Source: the human T2T-CHM13v2.0 reference genome, Homo sapiens. From it: a stretch of 64,000 bases of DNA. The position numbers and the translations under genes are program-made. The stretch lies in NCBI RefSeq assembly GCF_009914755.1, contig NC_060946.1, one strand, 5' to 3'. Shown here piece by piece: positions 40,001 to 53,800 of this stretch (position 1 is the stretch's first letter; every line of letters starts with the position of its first letter). The notes under the pieces were generated by a model. The model ran no database searches, was not told the origin of the DNA, and saw only the letters and a list, made by a program, of their open reading frames with translations.

Positions 40001-43000
40001 ATTCCATTCCATTCCACTCGGGTTGTTTCCATTCCATTCCATTCCATTTTATTCCATTCCATTCCATTACATTACATTCTATACCATTCCACTCGGGTTG
40101 ATCCCATACCATTCTATTCCATTCCATTCCATTAAATTCCATACGATTCCATTCCACTCGGGTAGATTCCATTCCATTCCATTCCATTCCATTCCACCCG
40201 GTTTGATTCCATTCCATTCCATTCCATTCCAGTTGATTCCTTTGGATTCGATTTTGTTCCGTTCCATTCCATTCCATTCCAATCCATTCCATTCCACTCG
40301 AGTTGATTCCAATCCATTCCATTCCATTACATTACATTTCATTCCAATCGGGTGGATTCCATTCCATTCCCTTCCATTTCATTCCATTCCACTCGGGTGG
40401 ATTCCATTCCGTTCCTTTCCATTCCATTCCATTCCGTTCCATTCCATTCGTGATGATTCCATTCCATTCCACTCCAATCCATTCCATTCCATTCCAATCC
40501 ATTCCATTCCTTTCAATTCCACTCGCATTCAATCTATTCCAATCCATTTCATTCCGTTCTGTTCCATTCCATTCTATTGCATTCCATACCATTCCATTCC
40601 ACTCGGGATGATTCCATTCCATTCCATTTTATTCCGTTCCATTCCATTCCATTCCATTCCACTCGGATTGACTCCATTCCATTCCATTCCATTCCATTCC
40701 ATTCCATTCCATTCCACTCGGGTTGTTTCCATTCCATTCCTTTCAATTTCATTCTATTCCATTCCATTCCATTCCATTCTATTCCATTTCATTCAACTCC
40801 ATTCCATTCCATTCCTCTTCGATTATTCCATTCCATTCCACTCGGGTTGTTTCCATTCCATTCCATTCCATTTTATTCCATTCCATTCCATTCCATTCCA
40901 TTCTGTACCATTCCACTCGGGTTCATCCTATACCATTCTATTCCATTCTATTCCATTAAATTCCATACCATTCCTTTCCACTTGGGTAGATTCCATTCCA
41001 TTCCATTCCACTCTGGTAGATTCCATTCCATTCCATTCAATTCCTTTTCATTCCATTCCATTCGGGTTCATTCCATTCCATTCCATTCCATTCCATTCCA
41101 TTCCATTCCAATCCATTCCATTCCATTCCATTCCATTCCATTCCATTCCATTCAATTCCCTTCCATTCCATTCCACTCGGGTTGATTCCATACCATTCCA
41201 TTCCATTCATTCCTTCCATTCCTGTCGGGTTGATTCCATTCCTTTCCTTTCCATTCCATTCCATTCCATTCCATTCCATTCCATTCCATTCCATTCCATT
41301 CCATTCTATTCCATTTCATTCAACTCCATTCCATTCCATTCCTCTTCGGTTATTCCATTCCATTCCACTCGGGTTGTTTCCATTCCATTCCATTCCATTT
41401 TATTCCATTCCATTCCATTCCATTACATTCTATACCATTCCACTCGGGTTGATCCCATACCATTCTATTCCATTCTATTCCATTAAATTCCATACCATTC
41501 CATTCCACTTGTGTAGATTCCATTCCATTCCATTCCACTCCGGTAGATTCCATTCCATTCCATTCAATTCCCTTTCAGTCCATTCCATTCGGGTTCATTC
41601 CATTCCATTCCATTCCATTCCATTCCATTCCATTCCATTCCACTCGGGTTGATTCCATTCCATTCCATTCCATTCATTCCTTCCATTCCTGTCGGGTTGA
41701 TTCCATTCCATTCCTTTCCATTCCATTCCATTCCTTTCCATTCCATTCCTCTTGGGTTGATTCTGTTGCATTACATTCCATTCCAATGCACTTGGTTTGA
41801 TTCTATTCCCTTCCCTTCCATTCCATTCCATTGCATTCCATTCATTTACATTAAACTCCGGTTGATTCCATAGCATTCCATTCCATCCCATTCGGATTGA
41901 TTCCATTCTATTCTGTTCCGTTCCATTCCATTCCATTGCATACCATTCCATTCCATTCCTTTCTATTCCATTCCGTTACATTCCATTCGGGTTGATTCCA
42001 TTCCATTCCATTCCATTCTGTTCCGTTCCATTTCATTCCACTCCATTCCATTCCATTCCACTCCATTCCATTCCATTCCACTCCATTCCATTCCATTCTA
42101 TTCCACCCGGATTGATTCCATTCCATTGCTTTCCATTCCATTCCATTCCATTCTATTCCAGTTGATTCCATTGGATTCGATTCTGTTCCATTCCATTCCA
42201 TTCCATTCCATTCCATTCCATTCCACTCGAGTTGATTCCAATCCATTCCATTCCATTACATTACATTTCATTCCAATCGGGTGGATTCCATTCCATTCCA
42301 TTCCATTCCATTCCATTCCATTCCATTCAATTCCACTCAGGTTGATACCATTCCGTTGCTTTCCATTCCATTCCATTCCGTTCCATTCTATTCGTTTTGA
42401 TTCCATTCCATTCCACACCAATCCATTCGTTTCCATTCCAATCCATTCCATTCCTTTCAATTCCACTCGTATTCAGCCTATTCCATTCCATTTCATTCCG
42501 CTCTGTTCCATTCCATTCTATTGCATTCCATACCATTCCATTCCACTCGGGATGATTCCATTCCATTCCATTATATTCCGTTCCATTCCATTACATTCCG
42601 TTCCACTCGAGTTCATTCCATTCCATTCCATTCCATTCCATTCCATTCCATTCCATTCCATTCCACTCCATTCCACTCGGGTTGATTCCATTCCGTTCCT
42701 TTCCATTCCATTCCATTCCGTTCCATTCTATTCGTGTTGATTCCATTCCATTCCACACCAATCCATTCCATTCCATTCCAATCCATTCCATTCCGTTCAA
42801 TTCCACTCGCATTCAATCTATTCCATTCCATTTCATTCCGTTCTGTTCTATTCCATTTTATTGCATTCCATACCATTCCATTCCACTCGGGATGATTCCA
42901 TTCCATTCCATGATATTGCGTTCCATTCTATTCCATTCCACTCGGGTAGATTCTATTCCATTCCATGCCATTCCATTCCATTCCATTCCATTAGTTTCTA

Positions 43001-46000
43001 ATCGGGTTGATTCCAATCCATTCCATTATATTCAAGTCCTTTTCATTCCATGCCATTCCACTAGGGTTGTTTCCATTTTGTTGTATTCCATTTCATTCCA
43101 TTCCATTCCATTCCTTTCCATTCCATTCCATTGCATTCCATTCCACTCGGGTTGTTTCCATTCCATTCCATTAGTTTCCATTCCATTCCATTCCTTTCCA
43201 TTCCATTCCATTCCTTTCCACTCAGTGTGATTCCATTCCATTCCATTACAATGCATTCCATTCCAGTTGATACCATTGCATTGCATTGTCTCCATTCCAT
43301 TCCATTCCATTCCATTCCATTCCACTCGGTTTGTTTCCATTCCATTCCATTCCATTTTATTCCCTTGCATTCCATTCCAATATATTCTATACCATTCCAC
43401 TCGGGTTGATTCCATACCATTCTATTCCATTCCATTCCGTTAAATTCCATTCCATTCCATTCCACTCAGGTAGATTCCATTCCATTCCATTCCATTCCAT
43501 TCCATTCCATTCCATTCCATTCCATTCCATTCCATTCGGGTTCATTCCAATCCATTCCATTCCATTCCTTTCCATTCCATTCCATTCCATTCCACTCCAT
43601 TCCATTCCATTCCACTCCATTCCATTCCATTCTATTCCACCCGGATTGATTCCATTCCATTGCTTTCCATTCCATTCCATTCCATTCCATTCCACTCGAT
43701 TTGATTCCAATCCATTCCATTACATTACATTACATTTCATTCCAATCGGGTGGATTCCATTCCATTCCATTCCATTCCAGTCCATTCCATTCCATTCCAC
43801 TCGGGTTGATACCATTCCGTTCCTTTCCATTCCATTCCATTCCGTTCCATTCTATTCGTTTTGATTCCATTCCATTCCACACCAATCCATTCGATTCCAT
43901 TCCAATCCATACCATTCCTTTCAATTCCACTCGTATTCAGTCTATTCCATTCCATTTCATTCCGTTCTGTTCCATTCCATTCTATTGCATTCCATACCAT
44001 TCCATTCCACTCGGGATGATTCCATTCCATTCCATTATATTCCGTTCCATTCCATGACATTCCATTCCACTCGGGTTGATTCCATTCCATTCCATTCCAT
44101 TCCATTCCACTCCATTCCACTCGGGTTGATTCCATTCCGTTCCTTTCCATTCCATTCCATTCCGTTCCATTATATTGGTGTTGATTGCATTCCATTCCAC
44201 ACCAATCCATTCCATTCCATTCCAATGCATTCCATTCCGTTCAATTCCACTCGCATTCAATCTATTCCATTCCATTTCATTCCGTTCTGTTCTATTCCAT
44301 TTTATTGCATTGCATACCATTCCATTCCACTCGGGATGATTCCATTCCTTTCCATTATATTGCGTTCCATTCTATTCCATTCCATTCCACTTGGGTAGAT
44401 TCCATTCCATTCCATGCCATTCCATTCCATTCCATTAGTTTCTAATCGGGTTGATTCCAATCCATTCCATTATATTCAAGTGCTTTTCATTCCATACCAT
44501 TCCACTAGGGTTGTTTCCATTTTGTTGTATTCCATTCCTTTCCATTCCATTCCATTCTTTTCCATTCCATTCCATTGCATTCCATTCCACTCGGGTTGTT
44601 TCCATTCCATTCCATTAGTTTCCATTCCATTCCATTCCTTTCCATTCCATTCCATTCCTTTCCACTCAGTGTGATTCCATTCCATTCCATTCCAATGCAT
44701 TCCATTCCAGTTGATACCATTGCATTGCATTGTCTCCATTCCATTCCATTCCATTCCATTCCACTCGTTTTGTTTCCATTCCATTCCATTCCATTTTATT
44801 CCATTGCATTCCATTCCAATATATTCTATACCATTCCACTCGGGTTGATTCCATACCATTCTATTCCATTCCATTCCGTTAAATTCCATTCCATTCCATT
44901 CCACTCGGGTAGATTCCATTCCATTCCATTCCATTCGGGTTCATTCCAATCCATTCCATTCCATTCCTTTCCATTCCATTCCAATCCATTCCATTCCTTT
45001 CCATTCCATTCCATTCCATTCCATTCCATTCCATTCCATTCCATTGCATTCCATTCCATTCCATTCCATTCCATTGCATTGCATTCCATTCCATTACATT
45101 CCATTCCATTCCATTCCACTCGGGTTGATTCCATAGCATTCCATTCCATTCCATTCCATTCCATTCCACTCGGGTTGATTCCATATCATTCGATTCCATT
45201 CATTCCTTTCCATTCCATTCCATTCCTGTCGGGTTGATTCCATTCCATTCCTTTAAATTCCATTCCATTCCTTTCCATTCCATTCCTCTCGGGTTGATTC
45301 TGTTGCATTACATTCCATTCCAATGCACTTGGTTTGATTCCATTCCCTTCCCTTCCATTCCATTCCATTTCATTCCATTCATTTACATTACACTCCGGTT
45401 GATTCCATAGCATTCCATTCCATTCCATTCCATTCCATTCCATCCCATTCGGATTGATTCCATTCTATTCTGTTCCATTCCATTCCATACCATTCCATTC
45501 CATTCCTTTCCATTTCATTGCGTTCCATTCCATTCGGGTTGATTCCATTCAATTCCATTGCATTCCATTCCATTCCACTCCATTGCATAGCATTCCACTC
45601 CATTCCATTCCATTCCAATCCATTCCACCCGGATTGATTCCATTCCATTCCATTCCATTCTATTCCATTCCATTCCATTCCACTCCAGTTGATTCCATTG
45701 GATTCCATTCTTTTCCATTCCATTCCATTCCATTCCATTCCACTGCATTCCACTCGAGTTGATTCCAATCTATTCCATTACATTACATTCCTTTTCATTC
45801 CAATCGGGTGGATTCCTTTCCATTCCATTCCATTCCACTCGGGTTAATTCCATTCCGTTCCTTTCCATTCCATTCCATTCTGTTCCATTCCATTCGTGTT
45901 GATTCCATTCCATTCCACTGCAATCCATTCCATTCCATTCCAATCCATTCCATTCCATTCAATTCCACTCGCATTCAATCTATTCTATTCCATTTCATTC

Positions 46001-49000
46001 CGTTCTGTTCCATTCCATTCTATTGCATTCCATACCATTCCATTCCACTCTGGATGATTCCATTCCATTCCATTATATTCCGTTCCATTCCATTCCATTC
46101 CATTCCAATCGGGTTGATTCCATTCCATTCCATTCCATTCCATTCCATTCCGTTCCATTCCACTCGGTTTGTTTAAATTCCATTCCTTTCAATTTCATTC
46201 TATTCCATTCCACTCTATTACATTCCATTCCACTCCATTCCATTCCTTTCCTCTCCAGTTATTCCATTCCATTCCACTCGGGTTGTTTCCATTCCATTCC
46301 ATTCCATTTTATTCCATTCCATTCCATTACATTACATTCTATACCATTCCACTCGGGTTGATCCCATACCATTCTATTCCATTCCATTCCATTAAATTCC
46401 ATACGATTCCATTCCACTCGGGTAGATTCCATTCCATTCCATTCCATTCCATTCCACCCGGTTTGATTCCATTCCATTCCATTCCATTCCAGTTGATTCC
46501 TTTGGATTCGATTTTGTTCCGTTCCATTCCATTCCATTCCAATCCATTCCATTCCACTCGAGTTGATTCCAATCCATTCCATTCCATTACATTACATTTC
46601 ATTCCAATCGGGTGGATTCCATTCCATTCCCTTCCATTTCATTCCATTCCACTCGGGTGGATTCCATTCCGTTCCTTTCCATTCCATTCCATTCCGTTCC
46701 ATTCCATTCGTGATGATTCCATTCCATTCCACTCCAATCCATTCCATTCCATTCCAATCCATTCCATTCCTTTCAATTCCACTCGCATTCAATCTATTCC
46801 AATCCATTTCATTCCGTTCTGTTCCATTCCATTCTATTGCATTCCATACCATTCCATTCCACTCGGGATGATTCCATTCCATTCCATTTTATTCCGTTCC
46901 ATTCCATTCCATTCCATTCCACTCGGATTGACTCCATTCCATTCCATTCCATTCCATTCCATTCCATTCCATTCCACTCGGGTTGTTTCCATTCCATTCC
47001 TTTCAATTTCATTCTATTCCATTCCATTCCATTCCATTCTATTCCATTTCATTCAACTCCATTCCATTCCATTCCTCTTCGATTATTCCATTCCATTCCA
47101 CTCGGGTTGTTTCCATTCCATTCCATTCCATTTTATTCCATTCCATTCCATTCCATTCCATTCTGTACCATTCCACTCGGGTTCATCCTATACCATTCTA
47201 TTCCATTCTATTCCATTAAATTCCATACCATTCCTTTCCACTTGGGTAGATTCCATTCCATTCCATTCCACTCTGGTAGATTCCATTCCATTCCATTCAA
47301 TTCCTTTTCATTCCATTCCATTCGGGTTCATTCCATTCCATTCCATTCCATTCCATTCCATTCCATTCCAATCCATTCCATTCCATTCCATTCCATTCCA
47401 TTCCATTCCATTCAATTCCCTTCCATTCCATTCCACTCGGGTTGATTCCATACCATTCCATTCCATTCATTCCTTCCATTCCTGTCGGGTTGATTCCATT
47501 CCTTTCCTTTCCATTCCATTCCATTCCATTCCATTCCATTCCATTCCATTCTATTCCATTTCATTCAACTCCATTCCATTCCATTCCTCTTCGGTTATTC
47601 CATTCCATTCCACTCGGGTTGTTTCCATTCCATTCCATTCCATTTTATTCCATTCCATTCCATTCCATTACATTCTATACCATTCCACTCGGGTTGATCC
47701 CATACCATTCTATTCCATTCTATTCCATTAAATTCCATACCATTCCATTCCACTTGGGTAGATTCCATTCCATTCCATTCCACTCCGGTAGATTCCATTC
47801 CATTCCATTCAATTCCCTTTCAGTCCATTCCATTCGGGTTCATTCCATTCCATTCCATTCCATTCCATTCCATTCCATTCCATTCCACTCTGGTTGATTC
47901 CATTCCATTCCATTCCATTCATTCCTTCCATTCCTGTCGGGTTGATTCCATTCCATTCCTTTCCATTCCATTCCATTCCTTTCCATTCCATTCCTCTTGG
48001 GTTGATTCTGTTGCATTACATTCCATTCCAATGCACTTGGTTTGATTCTATTCCCTTCCCTTCCATTCCATTCCATTGCATTCCATTCATTTACATTAAA
48101 CTCCGGTTGATTCCATAGCATTCCATTCCATCCCATTCGGATTGATTCCATTCTATTCTGTTCCGTTCCATTCCATTCCATTGCATACCATTCCATTCCA
48201 TTCCTTTCTATTCCATTCCGTTACATTCCATTCGGGTTGATTCCATTCCATTCCATTCCATTCTGTTCCGTTCCATTTCATTCCACTCCATTCCATTCCA
48301 TTCCACTCCATTCCATTCCATTCCACTCCATTCCATTCCATTCTATTCCACCCGGATTGATTCCATTCCATTGCTTTCCATTCCATTCCATTCCATTCTA
48401 TTCCAGTTGATTCCATTGGATTCGATTCTGTTCCATTCCATTCCATTCCATTCCATTCCATTCCATTCCACTCGAGTTGATTCCAATCCATTCCATTCCA
48501 TTACATTACATTTCATTCCAATCGGGTGGATTCCATTCCATTCCATTCCATTCCATTCCATTCCATTCCATTCAATTCCACTCAGGTTGATACCATTCCG
48601 TTGCTTTCCATTCCATTCCATTCCGTTCCATTCTATTCGTTTTGATTCCATTCCATTCCACACCAATCCATTCGTTTCCATTCCAATCCATTCCATTCCT
48701 TTCAATTCCACTCGTATTCAGCCTATTCCATTCCATTTCATTCCGCTCTGTTCCATTCCATTCTATTGCATTCCATACCATTCCATTCCACTCGGGATGA
48801 TTCCATTCCATTCCATTATATTCCGTTCCATTCCATTACATTCCGTTCCACTCGAGTTCATTCCATTCCATTCCATTCCATTCCATTCCATTCCATTCCA
48901 TTCCATTCCACTCCATTCCACTCGGGTTGATTCCATTCCGTTCCTTTCCATTCCATTCCATTCCGTTCCATTCTATTCGTGTTGATTCCATTCCATTCCA

Positions 49001-52000
49001 CACCAATCCATTCCATTCCATTCCAATCCATTCCATTCCGTTCAATTCCACTCGCATTCAATCTATTCCATTCCATTTCATTCCGTTCTGTTCTATTCCA
49101 TTTTATTGCATTCCATACCATTCCATTCCACTCGGGATGATTCCATTCCATTCCATGATATTGCGTTCCATTCTATTCCATTCCACTCGGGTAGATTCTA
49201 TTCCATTCCATGCCATTCCATTCCATTCCATTCCATTAGTTTCTAATCGGGTTGATTCCAATCCATTCCATTATATTCAAGTCCTTTTCATTCCATGCCA
49301 TTCCACTAGGGTTGTTTCCATTTTGTTGTATTCCATTTCATTCCATTCCATTCCATTCCTTTCCATTCCATTCCATTGCATTCCATTCCACTCGGGTTGT
49401 TTCCATTCCATTCCATTAGTTTCCATTCCATTCCATTCCTTTCCATTCCATTCCATTCCTTTCCACTCAGTGTGATTCCATTCCATTCCATTACAATGCA
49501 TTCCATTCCAGTTGATACCATTGCATTGCATTGTCTCCATTCCATTCCATTCCATTCCATTCCATTCCACTCGGTTTGTTTCCATTCCATTCCATTCCAT
49601 TTTATTCCCTTGCATTCCATTCCAATATATTCTATACCATTCCACTCGGGTTGATTCCATACCATTCTATTCCATTCCATTCCGTTAAATTCCATTCCAT
49701 TCCATTCCACTCAGGTAGATTCCATTCCATTCCATTCCATTCCATTCCATTCCATTCCATTCCATTCCATTCCATTCGGGTTCATTCCAATCCATTCCAT
49801 TCCATTCCTTTCCATTCCATTCCATTCCATTCCACTCCATTCCATTCCATTCCACTCCATTCCATTCCATTCTATTCCACCCGGATTGATTCCATTCCAT
49901 TGCTTTCCATTCCATTCCATTCCATTCCATTCCACTCGATTTGATTCCAATCCATTCCATTACATTACATTACATTTCATTCCAATCGGGTGGATTCCAT
50001 TCCATTCCATTCCATTCCATTCCATTCCATTCCAGTCCATTCCATTCCATTCCACTCGGGTTGATACCATTCCGTTCCTTTCCATTCCATTCCATTCCGT
50101 TCCATTCTATTCGTTTTGATTCCATTCCATTCCACACCAATCCATTCGATTCCATTCCAATCCATACCATTCCTTTCAATTCCACTCGTATTCAGTCTAT
50201 TCCATTCCATTTCATTCCGTTCTGTTCCATTCCATTCTATTGCATTCCATACCATTCCATTCCACTCGGGATGATTCCATTCCATTCCATTATATTCCGT
50301 TCCATTCCATGACATTCCATTCCACTCGGGTTGATTCCATTCCATTCCATTCCATTCCATTCCATTCCACTCCATTCCACTCGGGTTGATTCCATTCCGT
50401 TCCTTTCCATTCCATTCCATTCCGTTCCATTATATTGGTGTTGATTGCATTCCATTCCACACCAATCCATTCCATTCCATTCCAATCCATTCCATTCCGT
50501 TCAATTCCACTCGCATTCAATCTATTCCATTCCATTTCATTCCGTTCTGTTCTATTCCATTTTATTGCATTCCATACCATTCCATTCCACTCGGGATGAT
50601 TCCATTCCTTTCCATTATATTGCGTTCCATTCTATTCCATTCCATTCCACTTGGGTAGATTCCATTCCATTCCATGCCATTCCATTCCATTCCATTAGTT
50701 TCTAATCGGGTTGATTCCAATCCATTCCATTATATTCAAGTGCTTTTCATTCCATGCCATTCCACTAGGGTTGTTTCAATTTTGTTGTATTCCATTCCTT
50801 TCCATTCCATTCCATTCTTTTCCATTCCATTCCATTGCATTCCATTCCACTCGGGTTGTTTCCATTCCATTCCATTAGTTTCCATTCCATTCCATTCCTT
50901 TCCATTCCATTCCATTCCTTTCCACTCAGTGTGATTCCATTCCATTCCATTCCAATGCATTCCATTCCAGTTGATACCATTGCATTGCATTGTCTCCATT
51001 CCATTCCATTCCATTCCATTCCACTCGTTTTGTTTCCATTCCATTCCATTCCATTTTATTCCATTGCATTCCATTCCAATATATTCTATACCATTCCACT
51101 CGGGTTGATTCCATACCATTCTATTCCATTCCATTCCGTTAAATTCCATTCCATTCCATTCCACTCGGGTAGATTCCATTCCATTCCATTCCATTCGGGT
51201 TCATTCCAATCCATTCCATTCCATTCCTTTCCATTCCATTCCAATCCATTCCATTCCTTTCCATTCCATTCCGTTCCATTCCATTCCATTCCATTCCATT
51301 GCATTCCATTCCATTCCATTCCATTCCATTCCATTCCATTCCATTGCATTGCATTCCATTCCATTCCATTCCATTCCATTCCATTCCACTCGGGTTGATT
51401 CCATAGCATTCCATTCCATTCCATTCCATTCCATTCCACTCGGGTTGATTCCATATCATTCGATTCCATTCATTCCTTTCCATTCCATTCCATTCCTGTC
51501 GGGTTGATTCCATTCCATTCCTTTAAATTCCATTCCATTCCTTTCCATTCCATTCCTCTCGGGTTGATTCTGTTGCATTACATTCCATTCCAATGCACTT
51601 GGTTTGATTCCATTCCCTTCCCTTCCATTCCATTCCATTTCATTCCATTCATTTACATTACACTCCGGTTGATTCCATAGCATTCCATTCCATTCCATTC
51701 CATTCCATTCCATCCCATTCGGATTGATTCCATTCTATTCTGTTCCATTCCATTCCATACCATTCCATTCCTTTCCATTTCATTGCGTTCCATTCCATTC
51801 GGGTTGTTTCCATTCCATTCCATTGCATTCCATTCCATTCCACTGCATTGCATACCATTCCACTCCATTCCATTCCATTCCAATCCATTCCACCCGGATT
51901 GATTCCATTCCATTCCATTCCATTCTATTCCATTCCATTCCATTCCACTCCAGTTGATTCCATTGGATTCCATTCTTTTCCATTCCATTCCATTCCATTC

Positions 52001-53800
52001 CATTCCATTCCATTCCATTCCACTCGAGTTGATTCCAATCTATTCCATTACATTACATTCCTTTTCATTCTAATCTGGTGGATTCCTTTCCATTCCATTC
52101 CATTCCATTGCATTCCACTCGGGTTAACTCCATTCCGTTCCTTTCCATTCCATTCCATTCTGTTCCATTCCATTCGTGTTGATTCCATTCCATTCCACTC
52201 CAATCCATTCCATTCCATTCCAATCCATTCCATTCCATTCAATTCCACTCGCATTCAATCTATTCTATTCCATTTCATTCCGTTCTGTTCCATTCCATTC
52301 TATTGCATTCCATACCATTCCATTCCACTCTGGATGATTCCATTCCATTCCATTATATTCCGTTCCATTCCATTCCATTCCATTCCAATCGGGTTGATTC
52401 CATTCCATTCCATTCCATTCCATTCCATTCCGTTCCATTCCACTCGGTTTGTTTAAATTCCATTCCTTTCAATTTTATTCTATTCCATTCCACTCTATTA
52501 CATTCCATTCCACTCCATTCCATTCCTTTCCTCTGCAGTTATTCCATTCCATTCCACTCGGCTTGTTTCCATTCCATTCCATTCCATTTTATTCCATTCC
52601 ATTCCATTACATTACATTCTATACCATTCCACTCGGGTTGATCCCATACCATTCTATTCCATTCCATTCCATTAAATTCCATACGATTCCAATCCACTCG
52701 GGTAGATTCCATTCCATTCCATTCCATTCCATTCCATTCCACCCGGTTTGATTCCATTCCATTCCATTCCATTCCAGTTGATTCCTTTGGATTCGATTTT
52801 GTTCCGTTCCATTCCATTACATTCCAATCCACTCCATTCCACTCGAGTTGATTCCAATCCATTCCATTACATTACATTACATTTCATTCCAATCGGGTGG
52901 ATTCCATTCCATTCCCTTCCATTTCATTCCATTCCACTCGGGTGGATTCCATTCCGTTCCTTTCCATTCCATTCCATTCCATTCCATTCCATTCTTGATG
53001 ATTCCATTCCATTCCACTCCAATCCATTCCATTCCATTCCAATCCATTCCATTCCTTTCAATTCCACTCGCATTCAATCTATTCCAATCCATTTCATTCC
53101 GTTCTGTTCCATTCCATTCTATTGCATTCCATACCATTCCATTCCACTCGGGATGATTCCATTCCATTCCATTTTATTCCGTTCCATTCCATTCCATTCC
53201 ATTCCACTCGGATTGACTCCATTCCATTCCATTCCATTCCATTCCATTCCATTCCATTCCATTCCACTCGGATTGACTCCATTCCATTCCATTCCATTCC
53301 ATTCCATTCCATTCCACTCGGGTTGTTTCCATTCCATTCCTTTCAATTTCATTCTATTCCATTCCATTCCATTCCATTCTATTCCATTTCATTCAACTCC
53401 ATTCCATTCCATTCCTCTTCGATTATTCCATTCCATTCCACTCGGGTTGTTTCCATTCCATTCCATTCCATTTTATTCCATTCCATTCCATTACATTACA
53501 TTCTGTACCATTCCACTCGGGTTCATCCTATACCATTCTATTCCATTCTATTCCATTAAATTCCATACCATTCCTTTCCACTTGGGTAGATTCCATTCCA
53601 TTCCATTCCACTCTGGTAGATTCCATTCCATTCCATTCAATTCCTTTTCATTCCATTCCATTCGGGTTCATTCCATTCCATTCCATTCCATTCCATTCCA
53701 TTCCAATCCATTCCATTCCATTCCATTCTATTCCATTCCATTCCATTCCATTCCATTCAATTCCCTTCCATTCCATTCCACTCGGGTTGATTCCATTCCA
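37075..53800 (+). repeat. ~6.26 kb HOR, about 2.7 tandem copies
   Basis: ORF offsets of 6260 bp (38154/44414/50674, 39909/46169), 6245 bp (41908/48153) and 6280 bp (46169/52449). Long stretches of the copies are identical by eye. Confidence 0.95.
53185..53310 (+). repeat. 60 bp tandem duplication
   Basis: The rare CCACTCGGATTGACTCC occurs at ~53204 and ~53264, and is single in the other HOR copies (~14600, ~19062, ~40659, ~46919). Confidence 0.9.
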
